Below are positions 3,342 through 4,742 of a stretch of 4,742 nucleotides of DNA, in pieces. Each line of letters starts with the position of its first letter. Position 1 is the stretch's first letter. Source of the stretch: a virus. Lineage: Duplodnaviria; Heunggongvirae; Uroviricota; Caudoviricetes. The stretch is taken from the IMG/VR virus record IMGVR_UViG_2740892258_000009. The stretch is one strand, 5' to 3'. Under the pieces are notes generated by a model. The model did no database searches. It was given only the letters and a program-made list of their open reading frames with translations, and was not told where the DNA came from. The position numbers were made by a program, and so were the translations under genes.

Positions 3342-3605
3342 ATGTCATCTCAAAACTACACAGAGAAAGCAGTAAAAGCTGCGGGAAAATCTTTATCTGA
3401 AGTAGCCCGTCACTTTGGTTTTAAGTCCACTCAATCCGTCGCTAATTGGGTAATTAACAATCAAGTCCCGTCAGAACGGGTTTTACAACTTTGTGAGTTG
3501 GGAAACTGGTCCGTGACCCCTCATGAACTGCGTCCTGATATTTACCCCAATCCAAATGATGGATTACCTGAGTGCTATTCAAAAGTTAGCGGTTCAGCTG
3601 CGTAA
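3342..3605 (+). CDS. Cro-like / YdaS-type small HTH regulator, 87 aa
   Basis: Track ORF 3342..3605, divergent from the repressor, with a GGAG SD. LSEVARHFGFKSTQSVANWV..VPSERVLQLCELGNWSVTPHELRPDIYPNP resembles the YdaS/Cro HTH pattern (..RPDLYP) that I recall from Rac-type prophages. Confidence 0.85.
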   Translation: MSSQNYTEKAVKAAGKSLSEVARHFGFKSTQSVANWVINNQVPSERVLQLCELGNWSVTPHELRPDIYPNPNDGLPECYSKVSGSAA

Positions 3606-3633
3606 ACGTAACCACAGAAACGAGGAGTTAACC

Positions 3634-3983
3634 GTGGGTAAGCATCACTGGAAAATAGAAAAACAGCCTGAGTGGTACGTGAAAGCTGTCAGAAAAACTA
3701 TCGCAGCGTTGCCGGGGGGTTACGCTGAAGCTGCTGACTGGCTGGACGTAACAGAGAACGCATTATTTAACCGCCTTCGTGCCGATGGCGATCAGATTTT
3801 CCCGCTGGGATGGGCAATGGTTTTACAGCGTGCTGGTGGTACCTCTCAATTTCGAAGCTGCAGGAGCATGCAGCACTGGTCTACAAAATCTTTTGTGTTT
3901 CAGAAAGTAATGACGCCCGCGAGTGTGCAGCTCCGGGCGTCGTGGCGTCGATTGCTTCTGGTTGTGGAGAAACTAACGCATGA
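3634..3983 (+). pseudogene. cII-like phage regulatory protein disrupted by a reading-frame switch near 3840-3845
   Basis: GAGGAG (3622-3627) lies 6 nt before GTG 3634. Frame 1 is protein-like through VGKHHWKIEKQPEWYVKAVRKTIAALPGGYAEAADWLDVTENALFNRLRADGDQIFPLGWAMVLQRAGGT, then becomes a Trp/Arg/Cys-rich tail ending at 4032. From 3843, frame 3 reads LSISKLQEHAALVYKIFCVSESNDARECAAPGVVASIASGCGETNA* and ends in an ATGA overlap (3980-3983) with the start of the next gene. Confidence 0.6.
3832..3839 (+). other. Chi octamer GCTGGTGG
   Basis: Exact match to 5'-GCTGGTGG-3', immediately 5' of the frame-switch point in the cII-like gene. One such octamer in a window of this size is not statistically remarkable. 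Confidence 0.9.
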
Positions 3984-4074
3984 ACAGTTTAACAACACAC
4001 TACCGTCGCTCGCAACTGTGTGGAGAAACTAACGCATGAACAGTTTAACAACACACTACCGTCGCTCGCAACTG
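3963..4074 (+). repeat. Perfect tandem duplication, 2 x 56 bp
   Basis: 3963-4018 is identical to 4019-4074 (TGTGGAGAAACTAACGCATGAACAGTTTAACAACACACTACCGTCGCTCGCAACTG). The unit contains the last 7 codons of the cII-like gene, an SD (GGAG) and the first 13 codons of the next gene. Confidence 0.95.
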
Positions 4075-4374
4075 ATTGCGCTTCCTGTACCGGGTGGAAA
4101 AGCGAAGGTGGAGTATTGCTATGCAGTAAATGTACCAGGTGACAGGGAAATTGTAACCCACAGCTTTGCTGAGTGGGCTGTGGGTGATTTCAACCGGCAG
4201 AAGGAGACAGTCCTTTGCGACAAGTTAACCGCTGGTTCAAAGATCACTACGGAGTGCCCGTCAGAGTCATTCGTTGGGAACCGGAAACACAACGTGTTAT
4301 CTACCTCCGCGAAGGCTATGAGCATGAGTGCTTCAGCCCGCTCGAACAGTTTCGTCGTAAATTCAGGGAAATAG
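4036..4374 (+). CDS. Hypothetical protein; the 3' third is probably an out-of-frame over-run
   Basis: Track ORF 4036..4374, with GGAG 9 nt upstream of the ATG. The N-terminal ~60 residues are protein-like ([52 protein letters not shown]..). The tail is low-complexity Ser/Ala-rich (..[24 protein letters not shown]) and overlaps a better-looking frame-3 gene by 160 nt. Confidence 0.4.
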   Translation: MNSLTTHYRRSQLIALPVPGGKAKVEYCYAVNVPGDREIVTHSFAEWAVGDFNRQKETVLCDKLTAGSKITTECPSESFVGNRKHNVLSTSAKAMSMSASARSNSFVVNSGK

Positions 4375-4394
4375 AGGTCGGTCATGAGCACTAA
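4215..4394 (+). CDS. Small protein (59 aa, TTG start) with a DUF4222-like pattern; absent from the ORF track
   Basis: Frame 3 is open from 4188 to TAA 4392-4394. AAGGAG (4201-4206) lies 8 nt before TTG 4215. The translation is (M)[58 protein letters not shown]. The D-x2-G-x-P-V-x-V..RV-x-[FY]-x-R-x-GY-x3-C-x2-P-x3-F pattern matches my recollection of DUF4222 proteins found next to lambdoid replication genes. The 3' end overlaps the next ATG by 11 nt. Confidence 0.6.
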   Translation: MRQVNRWFKDHYGVPVRVIRWEPETQRVIYLREGYEHECFSPLEQFRRKFREIEVGHEH

Positions 4395-4742
4395 ATTAAC
4401 CGGCTATGTATGGGATGGTTGCGCTGCATCAGGCATGAAATTATCCAGCGTGGCAATTATGGCCCGCCTGGCTGATTTCAGTAATGACGAAGGTGTGTGC
4501 TGGCCATCAATTGAAACCATTGCCCGCCAGATTGGCGCGGGGATGAGTACCGTCAGAACGGCTATCGCACGGCTGGAAGCAGAAGGCTGGTTAACGCGTA
4601 AGGCGCGTCGCCAGGGTAACCGCAATGCGTCGAATGTTTATCAGCTTAACGTTGCGAAGCTTCAGGCAGCGGCATTTTCTCAACTGTCAGATTCTGACCC
4701 GTCAAAATCTGACGCATCAAAATCTGACGCATCAAAATCTGA
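4384..4742 (+). CDS. Replication initiator (lambda O-like role), N-terminal winged-helix DNA-binding domain; 3' end outside the window
   Basis: GAGG lies 6 nt before ATG 4384 and frame 1 is open to the window end. The translation is [104 protein letters not shown]. The HTH/winged-helix pattern and the position after the cro and cII-like genes fit a phage O-type initiator. Confidence 0.85.
   Translation, partial: MSTKLTGYVWDGCAASGMKLSSVAIMARLADFSNDEGVCWPSIETIARQIGAGMSTVRTAIARLEAEGWLTRKARRQGNRNASNVYQLNVAKLQAAAFSQLSDSDPSKSDASKSDASKS
4687..4742 (+). repeat. 15-bp tandem repeats (iteron-like) inside the initiator gene, running off the window
   Basis: TCAAAATCTGACGCA occurs at 4702-4716 and 4717-4731, with a partial copy from 4732. 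A degenerate copy, TCAGATTCTGACCCG, lies at 4687-4701 (11/15). In frame they encode SKSDA pentapeptide repeats. Confidence 0.85.

Noticed and set aside
3523-3633. ATG 3523 as the start of the cII-like gene (37 extra codons overlapping the cro-like 3' end)
   Set aside because: It has no SD, overlaps the cro-like gene by 83 nt and has an implausible N-terminal sequence. GTG 3634 has a GAGGAG SD at ideal spacing just after the cro-like stop.
4186-4215. Programmed ribosomal frameshift joining frame 1 (ORF 4036) to frame 3 (DUF4222-like)
   Set aside because: There is no X-XXY-YYZ slippery heptamer and no obvious downstream stimulatory structure. The independent AAGGAG, 8 nt, TTG start explains frame 3 more simply.
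4119-4625. Minus-strand ORFs 4119..4391 and 4404..4625
   Set aside because: They are antisense shadows of the plus-strand small genes and of the well-supported initiator gene. They lack an SD and have low-complexity translations.
1-4742. Scan for tRNA/tmRNA fragments, att sites, integrase or transposase genes and CRISPR repeats
   Set aside because: No cloverleaf-compatible T-arm or acceptor pattern was found. There are no regularly spaced direct repeats with unique spacers and no recombinase-like ORF. The only tandem repeats are the 56-bp duplication and the 15-bp iteron-like array.

Overview
This window reads as the immunity and early-regulatory region of a lambdoid, enterobacterial-type prophage that looks partly decayed. 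All family assignments come from motifs read by eye; no search was run.

Layout, left to right:
- 1-117 (+): short 3' tail of an unidentified gene.
- 118-372: GC-rich, hairpin-dense spacer carrying copies of a ~16-bp motif.
- 384-899 (+): small coiled-coil plus four-cysteine zinc-ribbon gene, tightly bracketed by 26-bp inverted repeats (347-372 / 901-926). A strong intrinsic terminator follows at 939-961.
- 925-937 (-): boxA-like element.
- 1047-1065: perfect 19-bp palindrome that matches two operator-like 17-mers in the cI/cro intergenic region, so it is a likely OL.
- 1284-2360 (-): AT-rich gene for a 358-aa orphan ParA/MinD-family ATPase. It lies directly downstream of the repressor, in the slot lambda uses for rexAB.
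- 2531-3235 (-): cI-like HTH plus S24 peptidase repressor.
- 3272-3311: OR region.
- 3342-3605 (+): Cro/YdaS-like HTH gene.
- 3634-3983 (+): cII-like gene that switches reading frame mid-way, so it is a probable pseudogene.
- 3963-4074: perfect 56-bp tandem duplication across a gene junction.
- 4036-4374 (+): small hypothetical gene.
- 4215-4394 (+): TTG-initiated small gene missing from the ORF track.
- 4384-4742 (+): 5' part of an O-like replication initiator, with 15-bp iteron-like tandem repeats running off the window.

The best candidates for something undescribed are the orphan ParA-like ATPase in the lysogeny-expressed moron slot and the inverted-repeat-bracketed zinc-ribbon cassette convergent with it. 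No tRNA, rRNA, CRISPR array, integrase or transposase was seen.
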